Below the pieces are notes generated by a model that did not search any database, was not told the DNA's origin, and saw only the letters and a program-made list of their open reading frames with translations. DNA of 64,000 bases from Bacteroidota bacterium. Lineage in GTDB: Bacteria; Bacteroidota; Bacteroidia; J057. Both the position numbers and the translations under genes were made by a program. This document shows, piece after piece, positions 1 to 9,277 of this stretch (position 1 is its first letter; every line of letters starts with the position of its first letter). Location: assembly GCA_039029315.1 (NCBI GenBank), contig JBCCGK010000023.1:56670-120669 (forward strand), read 5' to 3'.

Positions 1-31
1 CACACTAGCCCAGTAATTTTTTTCATTTATT

Positions 32-1882
32 TTATGGCTGTCCCGTTTTCAACATCTTTCCCTCAAAATGCTCATTCCCAAGATCGGAAACAAAATCTGC
101 CTTATAAAAATACAGCCCATTCGCAATCTTTTGGCCGTTGAGGTCTTCCCCCCAATTCAATTCAAATGTGCCTCCATTTTCCAGAATTTCTGTATGTGCC
201 AAACATTCCTGACCAAGACTGGAATAAATCTTGATGTGGAGTTGACCTGATCGAGGAATTTGGAATCGCAACAAAGTTGTATTCACAAATGGATTGGGGA
301 AATTGTAGCTGAGTCGATTGCCAAAGTTATCAGGAATATCAATCTTCTCAGGCGCAGGGCTTTCCTTCACATCTATGATTTGATTGGCAGAGATGTCATG
401 CAGGGTATCACTCAGTCCGCTGGGCCAGTAGATCAGCAATTCATCAATCACACTGGCGGCGCCTATCCCAAAATGAACGGGCTTGATGCTTTGCCCAAAG
501 AATCCAGCGCCATGATAATAGCGGGCATAGGTTTGCTCTCCCACCTTGGCTAGCAGCCTGCTGCCAAAGGCATTCCTATTAGACGTGCTTCCTTCTAATC
601 GTATCTGCAGCCAGTTCTTATCCTGTGGCTGCTCATCCTTGATCATGTCATTGCGAAACAGATAAGGTGCAACAAACTGGTTCGCCACGATCATATCCTG
701 ATCACCATCGCCATCATAATCAAAAACCTCCAGCCCCTTAGCAGCAGTAAGCACACCCGCACCTGATTCTTTGGACCAATCCTGAAATCCGGTGCTTCCT
801 TCCATGACAGTATTTTTGTAGAAAAAATTGTTGACTGCCTCTTGAGGAACTCCATTGAGTTTGTCTATTGGCCCATTGACCGCATAGAGGTCTTCATCTC
901 CATCGTGATCATAGTCAAAGAAATGTGTTCCCCATCCCCAACCGGTATTCTCCACACCCATTTCTTCCGCAACATTGACATACTTGAGGTGGTCTTCATT
1001 TCTGAGCAATGGATTGGGATGATGGAGATAGATATTGGTTACATATATGTCAAAATCCTGATCATTGTCATAATCTCCGACCGCAACCCCCATTCCAGCT
1101 CCTTCATCTCCCATGCGGTATGCCAGGGTCCCATTGCGAAAGCCCGCCCCCCCCTGGCTCAGCCACAATTTATTGGCCTGGGTGTCATTGATATCATACA
1201 GATCCAGGTACCCATCCCGATTCACATCAATCGCAATACTTGTCCAGGTAATCGCAAGCAGATCCAGCCCCAGGCCCAACTTTTCCGTTACATTCTCAAA
1301 AGTTCCATCGCCATTGTTTTGATACATGATATTCGGACCATTGAGAATGCTCACGTGCAGATCCAGGAATCCGTCCCGATTGTAATCCCACCATAAACCA
1401 CTTCCACTATAACAGTCAAAACAACCATTGACTCCTGCTTCAAAAGTAACGTCAGTGAAGGTTCCATCTCCATTGTTGTGGTAGAGTTGGTCATCCCTGC
1501 TATTGGTCAAAAACAAATCGGGATATCCATCATTGTCATAATCTCCCCAGGCAGCGCCCATTTTTTCTCCTCTTGCAGCAGGTTCTCCCGCATTGAAAAA
1601 CTGCCCCTCCAGGCCCGCTTCAATGGTAACATCCTCGAAGGTCCCATCCCCATTGTTACGCATCAATCGATTCCATGTCGAGTCGATCAGATAAATGAAT
1701 GAACCATACCCAACAAAATAAATATCCAGGTCCCCATCTTGGTCATAATCGGCAACAGCCACACCATTGTTCGCACTGATATGGGTCAAATTGGCTTCAT
1801 CTTCTACCTGCACAAAATCTTGTGCTTTTGGATAAGCAAGAATTCCCACCAACAGGAAGAGTAAGTAGTAGCGTAAATTCAT
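32..1882 (-). CDS. FG-GAP/VCBS-repeat plus ASPIC/UnbV-like protein (CRTAC1-like) with C-terminal T9SS sorting domain
   Basis: 616-aa ORF with signal peptide MNLRYYLLFLLVGILAYPKAQ. Repeated calcium-binding-type motifs DYDQDGDLDIYF, DYDNDGYPDLFL, DYNRDGFLDLHV, DYDNDQDFDIYV, DYDGDGDQDMIV. C-terminal ~80 aa (NFPNPF...GLYFYKADF) resembles Por/T9SS C-terminal domains. Confidence 0.7.
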   Translation of the reverse strand: MNLRYYLLFLLVGILAYPKAQDFVQVEDEANLTHISANNGVAVADYDQDGDLDIYFVGYGSFIYLIDSTWNRLMRNNGDGTFEDVTIEAGLEGQFFNAGEPAARGEKMGAAWGDYDNDGYPDLFLTNSRDDQLYHNNGDGTFTDVTFEAGVNGCFDCYSGSGLWWDYNRDGFLDLHVSILNGPNIMYQNNGDGTFENVTEKLGLGLDLLAITWTSIAIDVNRDGYLDLYDINDTQANKLWLSQGGAGFRNGTLAYRMGDEGAGMGVAVGDYDNDQDFDIYVTNIYLHHPNPLLRNEDHLKYVNVAEEMGVENTGWGWGTHFFDYDHDGDEDLYAVNGPIDKLNGVPQEAVNNFFYKNTVMEGSTGFQDWSKESGAGVLTAAKGLEVFDYDGDGDQDMIVANQFVAPYLFRNDMIKDEQPQDKNWLQIRLEGSTSNRNAFGSRLLAKVGEQTYARYYHGAGFFGQSIKPVHFGIGAASVIDELLIYWPSGLSDTLHDISANQIIDVKESPAPEKIDIPDNFGNRLSYNFPNPFVNTTLLRFQIPRSGQLHIKIYSSLGQECLAHTEILENGGTFELNWGEDLNGQKIANGLYFYKADFVSDLGNEHFEGKMLKTGQP

Positions 1883-2016
1883 ATCAAAGGATGTTTGGTT
1901 CTGTTATTCGAATGCATGAAATCAGGCAATTGTCAGAAAGATAAGCCGCCAACTACAGCAAAACAAGCATAGTTGGCGGCGATCTACTCAGGTCAAGCCA
2001 GATAAATAGTAATGGT

Positions 2017-3759
2017 CTAGTATCCGTTGTTCTGTATGATCGCACCCTGGCTAACCACGATCTGAGAGTTAGGAATGGGTTGATACTCATCTCGTCCTAC
2101 AACGAAGTTCGCATCGTTGAGGTATTCTCGTCGGGCTTTCTCAGTAGAGAAATAGGCATTCAGGGTCTCTTCTGCAATTCCCCAACGGACCAGATCAAAG
2201 AATCGACCTGGATGAGATTCCAGCGCGAGTTCCAATCGTCTCTCCCAACGCAGGATTCGTAAGGCATCCTCTTTGGTCGCGAAGTGAGACTCATTGTACA
2301 AGCCAATCATATACTGGCCTGATGAACTACCATCCGCCTTGACAAGTTTGCCAGTACTGTTCATTGCCCGTTCACGGATGCGGTTGATGATCGGCAAGGC
2401 TTCCAGGTGTCGGCCTGTTTCGATCAATGCTTCTGCCCAATAGAGAAGTGCATCAGCATAGCGCATTTGGTCAGTGTTTCGAGCAGTAGTAAAAAATGCG
2501 ACTGTTCCGCGGAAGCAGGGAGATTCAGGGAGTTCCTGATCTTTGAAAGCAGCATTGAAACCATATATGCCAGGCACGCGAGAGTAGGTTTCATCAAAGA
2601 TTCGATCAGGGACATATTTCCAGGGCATTCCCAGTACAGCAATACTATGAGAAAATCGTGGGTCGAGGTTATTGGCCTCCACAGCTGCCACTCCATCAAT
2701 GATAGGATCCCCATCATAGGTATCAAACATTGGCAGGCCATCAACATCTGTCTTAAAGGCATTGGCCAGATTGACAGAAGGAATGTTGAACCAACAGCAT
2801 CCGTATCCAGGTCCCATGGTTGAGTTCAGCGCATTGGAATGGTTCCCTCTTCCTTCTGGTGCACCATCGTCAATAGAGCGCATGACTGCCCAAACTGATT
2901 CGATTCCACTTTCTGTTTCACACAGAAAATTGTCAGCGATGTCAGCATGTAGGTCAAATTCTCCAGAGGCATCCACTTCTGCAATCAGGTTGGCGGCCTC
3001 ATTCAATTCACTTTGAGTAATAGCGGTCACTTGATGGTTGTCATCCTGCACATAGGCTTTGTAGATCAAGGATTTGGCCAGGAAGAGCTTGGCTGCCCCT
3101 TTGGTAGGTCGCCCGATTTCACTCTGTGTAGCTGGCAAGCCTGCCACTGCAGCACGCCATTCATCTATGATCCATTGCCATCCTTCCTGATCGCTCAGCT
3201 CTCGATTGTGTTTCGTGATATAGTCTTTCTTCTCAATGGTCTCATCGAGATAGACGATATGTTTGTAGAGGACTTTCAGTTTGAAATATGTCTGGGCACG
3301 CAAGAAGTTCATCTCAGCAATTCGCTCTCCTCTTGTAGGCAAGTCTGCTTCGTTCGCTGCTTGCAAGCGTCCCATCGCTTCATTGATTCTGGAAACCAAT
3401 ACATACAAATTCAACCACATCAGGCGATTATTTGTGTTACCTGTTGCAGTCTGTAGCGTTTTGACTTCGATTCGGTGGGTATTGAACTGGTCAGGAATAC
3501 TTCCCCCTCCTTTATGCGCATCTCCTGCTCCGACACTTCCATATGTCCACATGTCCTGGAAAGGAGCGAAAAAGTTGTCATTTCCTTGAGCCGCATAAGC
3601 AGCAATGACCAGTTTTTCAATATTCTCCGGGCTATTCAGGTCTTCACTATTGACCACTCCTTTGGGTGTAAAGTCCAGAAATTCCTCTTGACAGCCTGCA
3701 CTAAAGGTCATCGAGATGATCAGGACGACAAGGAATTTGATATATATAAATTTTTTCAT
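2017..3759 (-). CDS. susD: SusD/RagB-family nutrient-binding outer-membrane lipoprotein
   Basis: 580-aa ORF with lipoprotein signal MKKFIYIKFLVVLIISMTFSAGC. C-terminal RYADALLYWAEALIETGR-type SusD helical signature. Sits immediately downstream of a SusC gene with a 30-bp gap. Confidence 0.85.
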   Translation of the reverse strand: MKKFIYIKFLVVLIISMTFSAGCQEEFLDFTPKGVVNSEDLNSPENIEKLVIAAYAAQGNDNFFAPFQDMWTYGSVGAGDAHKGGGSIPDQFNTHRIEVKTLQTATGNTNNRLMWLNLYVLVSRINEAMGRLQAANEADLPTRGERIAEMNFLRAQTYFKLKVLYKHIVYLDETIEKKDYITKHNRELSDQEGWQWIIDEWRAAVAGLPATQSEIGRPTKGAAKLFLAKSLIYKAYVQDDNHQVTAITQSELNEAANLIAEVDASGEFDLHADIADNFLCETESGIESVWAVMRSIDDGAPEGRGNHSNALNSTMGPGYGCCWFNIPSVNLANAFKTDVDGLPMFDTYDGDPIIDGVAAVEANNLDPRFSHSIAVLGMPWKYVPDRIFDETYSRVPGIYGFNAAFKDQELPESPCFRGTVAFFTTARNTDQMRYADALLYWAEALIETGRHLEALPIINRIRERAMNSTGKLVKADGSSSGQYMIGLYNESHFATKEDALRILRWERRLELALESHPGRFFDLVRWGIAEETLNAYFSTEKARREYLNDANFVVGRDEYQPIPNSQIVVSQGAIIQNNGY

Positions 3760-3788
3760 TTTGGGTGAATTTGATAAATAAAACAGAG

Positions 3789-6700
3789 CTAGAATCCGAC
3801 GTCAATCCCCAGCGTAATTCTTAAAGGTCGAGGATAGTTTCCGGGGAGGCGCTGACCAAATCGCGTTCCATTCGCTCTCTCAATCAGAGAACCGAATAGG
3901 TATGACGCTTCAGATCCGTTTGTGACAGAAAAATAATGGAGGTTTTCCCCTGTGAGATAGGCTCTTAATGAACCAAAAGGTGAGTTGGCAGCTGCCGGGA
4001 GATTCCATCCCAAGGTTACCTGTCGAATCGCGAGGTAATCACCACTTCTGACATCCCAATCGGAGAATCCAAAAGGTCGAGTGCTGGTACTTTGTGCTGG
4101 AATGTGGGTGTCTTTATTTGTAAATGTCCAGCCATTGAGAGAAGCACTTCCTGCTGTTCTACCTGGCGCAAGTCCTCCCAGTTCATTATAATTGGCATCA
4201 CCAGGGATCAATCGTCCCAATGCTCCTGTCAGTTGAATGGTCAGGTCGAAGGCTTTATAATTCATTTGGGAATTCAGACCAAAGTCTACCAATGCTCTCG
4301 CAGCGGCATCAATGTATTCCCGATCTGTAGGCGTAATCATTCCGTCACCATCCAAATCAGCATATTTGAAAGCTCCGACCCGGATTCCAGGATAGGCAGG
4401 TGCAGCGGCCAATTCTTCGGCACTTTGAATCAAGCCATCTACACGATAGACAAACATCGCATTTGGAGAATGTCCAATGATGTTTTGATCTTCTGTTCCA
4501 TTTCCAGGATAAGAAGCCCATAAGTCTTCAGGTAGGCTGGTGATCTTGTCGACATAGCCAGAGAATACCCCACTGATGGTATAGTTGAAATCTCCACTCA
4601 AGGGACTAAAGTATCCAAGTGAGACTTCCCATCCACGGGTTTCCATGTCCGCACCATTGGCCCATCGACTGTATCCATCTCCAAAGTGTCCGATAGCGGA
4701 AGGACGAATCAGGATATCGGTGGTTTGTTTTTGGTACAATTCGATAGAACCGGTGATCTTGTCAGACCACAACCCAAAATCCAGTCCAACATTGATCTCA
4801 GTGGTTGTTTCCCATTTCAGGTCATCATTGCCGGTTTGGGTCGCCAGAAAACCTGATGGAAGAATGCCTGTATTATTGTTGCCAATATCATAGGCAGTTG
4901 CAGCATCCAGGCACAAGGTCTGTGCACACCCACTTCCCCAGGGAAGATAGGTACTCTGCGGTGCATATACAGCCTGATACAAAGCAAATCGGGCTGTATT
5001 TTCAATATCCTGGTTCCCGGTTTGTCCCCATGCAGCACGAAGCTTCAAGTTGGAAAAGGTTTTGCTCCCTTGAAGAAATTCTTCTTCGCTGATCCTCCAT
5101 CCTACAGAAGCTGCCGGAAAAACCGCAAATCGATTGTTCAAGCCAAAGCGGGAAGAGCCATCCCGACGAATGGTGACAGATGTAAGATATTTGTCGGCAA
5201 ACGTATAATTGACTTTTCCGAAGTATGAAAAGAGAGAGAAACCTGTCTGAGATCCAGCAGAAGTTCGTTCTCCTGAAGCTGCTGACAACTGAAAGTAGTC
5301 GTTGTTTTCCAGAGCAAAATCTTTGCCTGAAGCAGAGAATACGCGGAATTGATTTTCAACGGCCTCTGTCCCCGCCAGGACATTCAAGGCATGTTTGCCC
5401 CCAAAATTCTTGGAGTAGGTCAAGGTATTGTTGAATACCAGATTCGTCTGATGAATCTGAGTCAGCCTCAATTCAGCCGTTGTGTTGCTTAGGAAACCTC
5501 TTGAATAGGTTCTGAAAAGGTCTCTGGTGTAAATATTGTCATAATCGATCCCCAGATTGGTTCTGAAGGTCAGCCCTTTAAGGATCTCAGCCTCAACATA
5601 GACATTCCCAAATGCCTTGACATTGTGGATTCGATCATCCTGATTGTCAAAGCCCAGACCAGCAGGATTGTCTCGATCATCAAATCCCGCACCGGGAGGG
5701 CCAGCAAATCTTCCATCTTCCGTCTTTACAGGCAGCATGGGCTTCATCACGCGCATCAGGTTTTCCACTGTTCCGCCAAAACCATCGTCAGACCACTGGC
5801 GCTCACCTTTTGTTACGCCAATGTTTTCTCCAATTTTCACACGTCCGTTGAGGAACTTATAATTAGAATTCAATCGAGTGGAAATTCGCTGATATCCACT
5901 ATGAATAACTGCGCCTGTATGATCAAACAAATTGACCGAGAGGTGAACCCCTCCTTTATCTGTTGCCTGATCAAATGTTACATTATAATCCTGAACGATC
6001 CCTTGCTGAAAGATCACATCATTCCAATCGGTTCCAGCCTCCAAAGAAGAGCCACCATATTCTGTCCCAGTCCAGGTGCTATTGGGATGTCCTGCAGGTC
6101 TCAGCTGATCTGCTTCATCCAACCACTCTGGATAGATGATTCTGTCCAATACAGGCACACCATTGCCTTGGATACCAGGCCCCAGAGAAGGATCATAGTG
6201 CCACTCATACCGATACCGACCGACATTGTCTGGATCCCCACCATCATTGACAGCAGCTTGCCACTGGTTGATGGCTTTTTCTTCACTGGTCATCAAATCC
6301 CAGGGATTGACTATTCTCTCTGTACTGAATCGGACACTGGCTGTGATAGAACTTCGCCCTTGCTTCGCTTGTTTGGTGGTGATGATCACTACCCCGTTCG
6401 AAGCTCTGGAGCCATAGATAGAAGCCGAAGAAGCATCTTTGAGAATCTGAACAGATTCAATGTCGGCAGGATTGAGCCATGACAGCCCCCAGGTTGCCTG
6501 GGTGTTGGGGGTGTTGCTCGCCCCCTGAAATGGCTGTACAGGAACCCCATCTACGATATACAAAGGTTGGTTGTTCCCCAAGGTACTGATCCCCCGTATG
6601 GTGATACTCGCCCCTTGTCCCGGTTGTCCTGCCAGACCTACCTGAACCCCCGCAACTCTCCCCTGCATGGTTTGCATGATGTTGTTGTTCGTATTCCCTT

Positions 6701-7124
6701 TCGTTTTTTCCATCTCCATGATCCCCACAGCTCCCAAAAGATCCTTCTTTTTCTCAGTCGCATAACCAGTAACAACGACTTCTTCCAGGGTGGTAACATC
6801 AACTTCCAGGGTGACATTGATGGTGGTCCCTCCACCAACCGTCATTTCCCGGGAGACATAACCGATGTAAGAAAAGATCAAGACATCTCCTTCCGTCGCT
6901 GCAATTCGATAAGATCCATCACTTCCCGAGAATGTGCCTGTGGTTGTTCCTTTTTTTGAAATGGTAGCCCCTTCCAGTCCTCCCCCATCTGAACCTGTAA
7001 CTGTTCCTGTGATATTTTGCCCAAAACCCAAATTGGGAATTAATGCTAATAAGACACCAAACAGAATCAATTTGAGAGTACGGTTCAATGGAATCTTCAA
7101 GAGCCGCAGTAATGGTTGATTCAT
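3789..7124 (-). CDS. susC: SusC/RagA-family TonB-dependent outer-membrane transporter
   Basis: 1111-aa ORF with N-terminal carboxypeptidase-regulatory-like domain (ITGTVTGSDGGGLEGATISKKG...SGSDGSYRI). TonB plug motif ITIRGISTLGNNQPLYIVDGVPV. C-terminal beta-barrel ending in aromatic residue F. Paired with a SusD gene. Confidence 0.9.
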   Translation of the reverse strand: MNQPLLRLLKIPLNRTLKLILFGVLLALIPNLGFGQNITGTVTGSDGGGLEGATISKKGTTTGTFSGSDGSYRIAATEGDVLIFSYIGYVSREMTVGGGTTINVTLEVDVTTLEEVVVTGYATEKKKDLLGAVGIMEMEKTKGNTNNNIMQTMQGRVAGVQVGLAGQPGQGASITIRGISTLGNNQPLYIVDGVPVQPFQGASNTPNTQATWGLSWLNPADIESVQILKDASSASIYGSRASNGVVIITTKQAKQGRSSITASVRFSTERIVNPWDLMTSEEKAINQWQAAVNDGGDPDNVGRYRYEWHYDPSLGPGIQGNGVPVLDRIIYPEWLDEADQLRPAGHPNSTWTGTEYGGSSLEAGTDWNDVIFQQGIVQDYNVTFDQATDKGGVHLSVNLFDHTGAVIHSGYQRISTRLNSNYKFLNGRVKIGENIGVTKGERQWSDDGFGGTVENLMRVMKPMLPVKTEDGRFAGPPGAGFDDRDNPAGLGFDNQDDRIHNVKAFGNVYVEAEILKGLTFRTNLGIDYDNIYTRDLFRTYSRGFLSNTTAELRLTQIHQTNLVFNNTLTYSKNFGGKHALNVLAGTEAVENQFRVFSASGKDFALENNDYFQLSAASGERTSAGSQTGFSLFSYFGKVNYTFADKYLTSVTIRRDGSSRFGLNNRFAVFPAASVGWRISEEEFLQGSKTFSNLKLRAAWGQTGNQDIENTARFALYQAVYAPQSTYLPWGSGCAQTLCLDAATAYDIGNNNTGILPSGFLATQTGNDDLKWETTTEINVGLDFGLWSDKITGSIELYQKQTTDILIRPSAIGHFGDGYSRWANGADMETRGWEVSLGYFSPLSGDFNYTISGVFSGYVDKITSLPEDLWASYPGNGTEDQNIIGHSPNAMFVYRVDGLIQSAEELAAAPAYPGIRVGAFKYADLDGDGMITPTDREYIDAAARALVDFGLNSQMNYKAFDLTIQLTGALGRLIPGDANYNELGGLAPGRTAGSASLNGWTFTNKDTHIPAQSTSTRPFGFSDWDVRSGDYLAIRQVTLGWNLPAAANSPFGSLRAYLTGENLHYFSVTNGSEASYLFGSLIERANGTRFGQRLPGNYPRPLRITLGIDVGF

Positions 7125-7222
7125 AGTAGTAGATTTAAGTTGATTGATGATTTGAACTGATAACAGTCAACATTCAAATTATTATTCCCGATCAGATTCT
7201 GAGGATGAAAAACTGATCAGAA

Positions 7223-7236
7223 TGGGGGGAATTTTT
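7223..7236 (-). promoter_or_regulatory. Conserved 14-nt motif tGGGGGGAATTTTT (copy A), about 100 bp upstream of the susC start
   Basis: An identical 14-mer recurs at 9197-9210, in the same orientation relative to the minus-strand genes. Confidence 0.4.
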
Positions 7237-7263
7237 CTAATCAAACAGCCTGAAGAAGAATCA

Positions 7264-7301
7264 GCAAGCGGATTCATCTTCCAGGAGATGAATCCGCTTG
7301 T
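7264..7301 (-). promoter_or_regulatory. Strong hairpin between GH32 stop and susC start (possible intra-operon attenuator/processing site)
   Basis: Perfect 15-bp inverted repeat caagcggattcatct / agatgaatccgcttg with a 6-nt loop (tccagg). Confidence 0.4.
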
Positions 7302-7324
7302 TCGCTGTACCCTTATGATTCGAT

Positions 7325-8986
7325 TTACCAGATAGACTGAAGTTCATGTACTTCCAGATGGTGAATCACGATCTCAGCCCGTCCACTTATAGACAATCCT
7401 TCTTGATTTTTAGGCTCATTTAGAGGTGCACTAAAATTGAAGCGTCCATGATCCATAAATATTTCAACAGATGTTCTGTCAATCAGGACTTCCAGGTCGA
7501 CGGTTTTGGTTTCGGCCAGATCTGACTCATAGAATACACCATTGAGTTTGTTATAGTTCATGTCATGGGTCAGGATCACATTTCCTTTGTATTTGAGTTG
7601 GAAAGAGGTCCCGTCGAGGGTCTCGACTGTCAGTTTCAGATGAAGAAGCTCTCCTTTGACATCAGCCAACTTCTCATTGGCTTCACCAGTAGTAAGCTTG
7701 CTCCACTGCATGCTGTTGGTATGAAGTTTTTTGAGTTCGCCGATGGGTTCTGAGAACATTCTGACGCCATTGCGTGTAGAGCGGAGGGTGAGTTCGGTAG
7801 GAAAGAGAAACATCTGGGTAAATGGCATCTTGCCTCCATGGTCCATACCCCTTGCCCATCCGATCTGTATGCGTCTTCCATCTTCTTCCGGGATATTGTT
7901 GTACGTCTGAGCAGCATATAGGCTCCCAGCACAGTAGGCATGTTTTCCTGAAGTTGGCTTGAAGGACTTTCCATCAAAATCACCAATCATATAGGTACCA
8001 GAAGCACCATAGATCACCCATTTGGTGTTGTATTTGTTGCCATCTATGGGCAATTCAAACAGTTCTGGGCATTCCCAAAATCCAACCAAATGACTCAGAT
8101 AGGTCCATTCTTTGAGGTTGTCGGAATTGTAAAAGGAATGGCCATCTTTCTCAAAGACCACCATGACCCATTTTTGCGTTCCCTCATGCCAAAAGATTTT
8201 GGGGTCTCGGGTATTTCTGGAGTCCCATTTTGCTTTGCTATCAACCACAGGATTCCCTTCATATTTGGTGAAGGTTCGGCCCTTGTCATTGCTATAGGCG
8301 ATACACTGGGTCTGAATGGCATCCCCTTCTCCCAAATATTTATGTGCAGTATACGCTGCAATGATTGGCGGATTGTCTCCTTCCTGAAATCCTGTTGTAT
8401 TCTTGGCATCAATGGTTGCTGTCCCTGAAAACATGGTCCCTAACTCATCTGGATGCAGGACATCTGTCAGTTCTTTCCAAAACACCAAATCCGTACTTAC
8501 GGCATGTCCCCAGGTCATATTTTCCCAATTGGCTTCATAAGGATTATGCTGGTAAAACAAATGGTATTCTCCCTCATACCAGACCAATCCATTGGGATCA
8601 TTGTTCCAGCCCCGACGAGAGCTGAAATGCACCTGTGGCCGCCCCACTTCCTTGTAGACACTGTCCTCTCCCGCAAATCGATCTGATTGATAGATCTGCT
8701 TCATGCCCTTTACCTTCTCTGGATATCGGATCGTCAGACTGCTTCCTTGAAAGGCCGACATATCCGCAAATACCCAGTAGTCAGGTTCTTCTGTGCTAAG
8801 ACGAATCACGAATGTGCGAATATTGACCCCTCCTATCTCAAATTTCATTTGTTGCCTGTCTTCAGAATGTTGGACAGGAAGATTGAGATACTTTTTCGTG
8901 ATCTTGATGGTTCGTTTGTTTTCCTGAGACCATACAGAAAGCACACATCCTAGGAGCACACACAAGAGCCAGGCTGTTTTTTTCAT
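7325..8986 (-). CDS. Glycoside hydrolase family 32 (beta-fructofuranosidase/levanase-type)
   Basis: Canonical GH32 motifs are present: WNNDPNGL (nucleophile Asp), HAVSTDLVFW, RDPKIFW (RDP) and WECPELF (EC acid/base). The six-frame ORF extends to 9061, but a signal-peptide-like start MKKTAWLLCVLLGCVLSVWSQ at 8986 is more plausible. Confidence 0.85.
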   Translation of the reverse strand: MKKTAWLLCVLLGCVLSVWSQENKRTIKITKKYLNLPVQHSEDRQQMKFEIGGVNIRTFVIRLSTEEPDYWVFADMSAFQGSSLTIRYPEKVKGMKQIYQSDRFAGEDSVYKEVGRPQVHFSSRRGWNNDPNGLVWYEGEYHLFYQHNPYEANWENMTWGHAVSTDLVFWKELTDVLHPDELGTMFSGTATIDAKNTTGFQEGDNPPIIAAYTAHKYLGEGDAIQTQCIAYSNDKGRTFTKYEGNPVVDSKAKWDSRNTRDPKIFWHEGTQKWVMVVFEKDGHSFYNSDNLKEWTYLSHLVGFWECPELFELPIDGNKYNTKWVIYGASGTYMIGDFDGKSFKPTSGKHAYCAGSLYAAQTYNNIPEEDGRRIQIGWARGMDHGGKMPFTQMFLFPTELTLRSTRNGVRMFSEPIGELKKLHTNSMQWSKLTTGEANEKLADVKGELLHLKLTVETLDGTSFQLKYKGNVILTHDMNYNKLNGVFYESDLAETKTVDLEVLIDRTSVEIFMDHGRFNFSAPLNEPKNQEGLSISGRAEIVIHHLEVHELQSIW

Positions 8987-9196
8987 AAATCCAGCAGTTG
9001 AGAAAAACAAATTGACATGCAGGAAACAGAAAACACCTATTCCCATGCTTCCACATGCCAATGCTTAATGAACAAATTAAACTACAACTTAAAGCGGAAG
9101 GTCTTTTGGCTGGATAATTCCAAAGCCAGTCCTTCGAATCTCTAGTAGCAACTTGCAAAAGTCTGCCCAGAATTACGGATGAAAAACAAATCAATT

Positions 9197-9210
9197 TGGG
9201 GGGAATTTTT
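9197..9210 (-). promoter_or_regulatory. Conserved 14-nt motif tGGGGGGAATTTTT (copy B) in divergent GH32 / HTCS intergenic region
   Basis: Identical to 7223-7236. About 210 bp upstream of the GH32 start and about 70 bp upstream of the HTCS start. Confidence 0.4.
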
Positions 9211-9277
9211 TTAGCGCGTCCTCGATTTGGCTTCCCTCTATACATTCGGTATATTGGAAAAAAGCTCCAATCCGCAC

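Noticed and set aside
1009-1396. Many small or antisense ORFs nested inside large genes, for example 842-1396, 4092-4523, 5625-6482 and 20342-21658
   Set aside because: They lie wholly within, and antisense or out of frame to, long ORFs with strong family signatures. They show no recognisable motifs and are typical six-frame noise in a moderately GC-balanced genome.
8987-9061. N-terminal extensions of the six-frame ORFs: 8987-9061, 9227-9277, 18813-18953, 28890-29009, 36053-36175, 50999-51043, 53859-53906, 62938-63048
   Set aside because: Each extension precedes an internal Met that starts a clear signal peptide or conserved N-terminus, or, for 18953, would overlap the upstream gene. The shorter starts were preferred.
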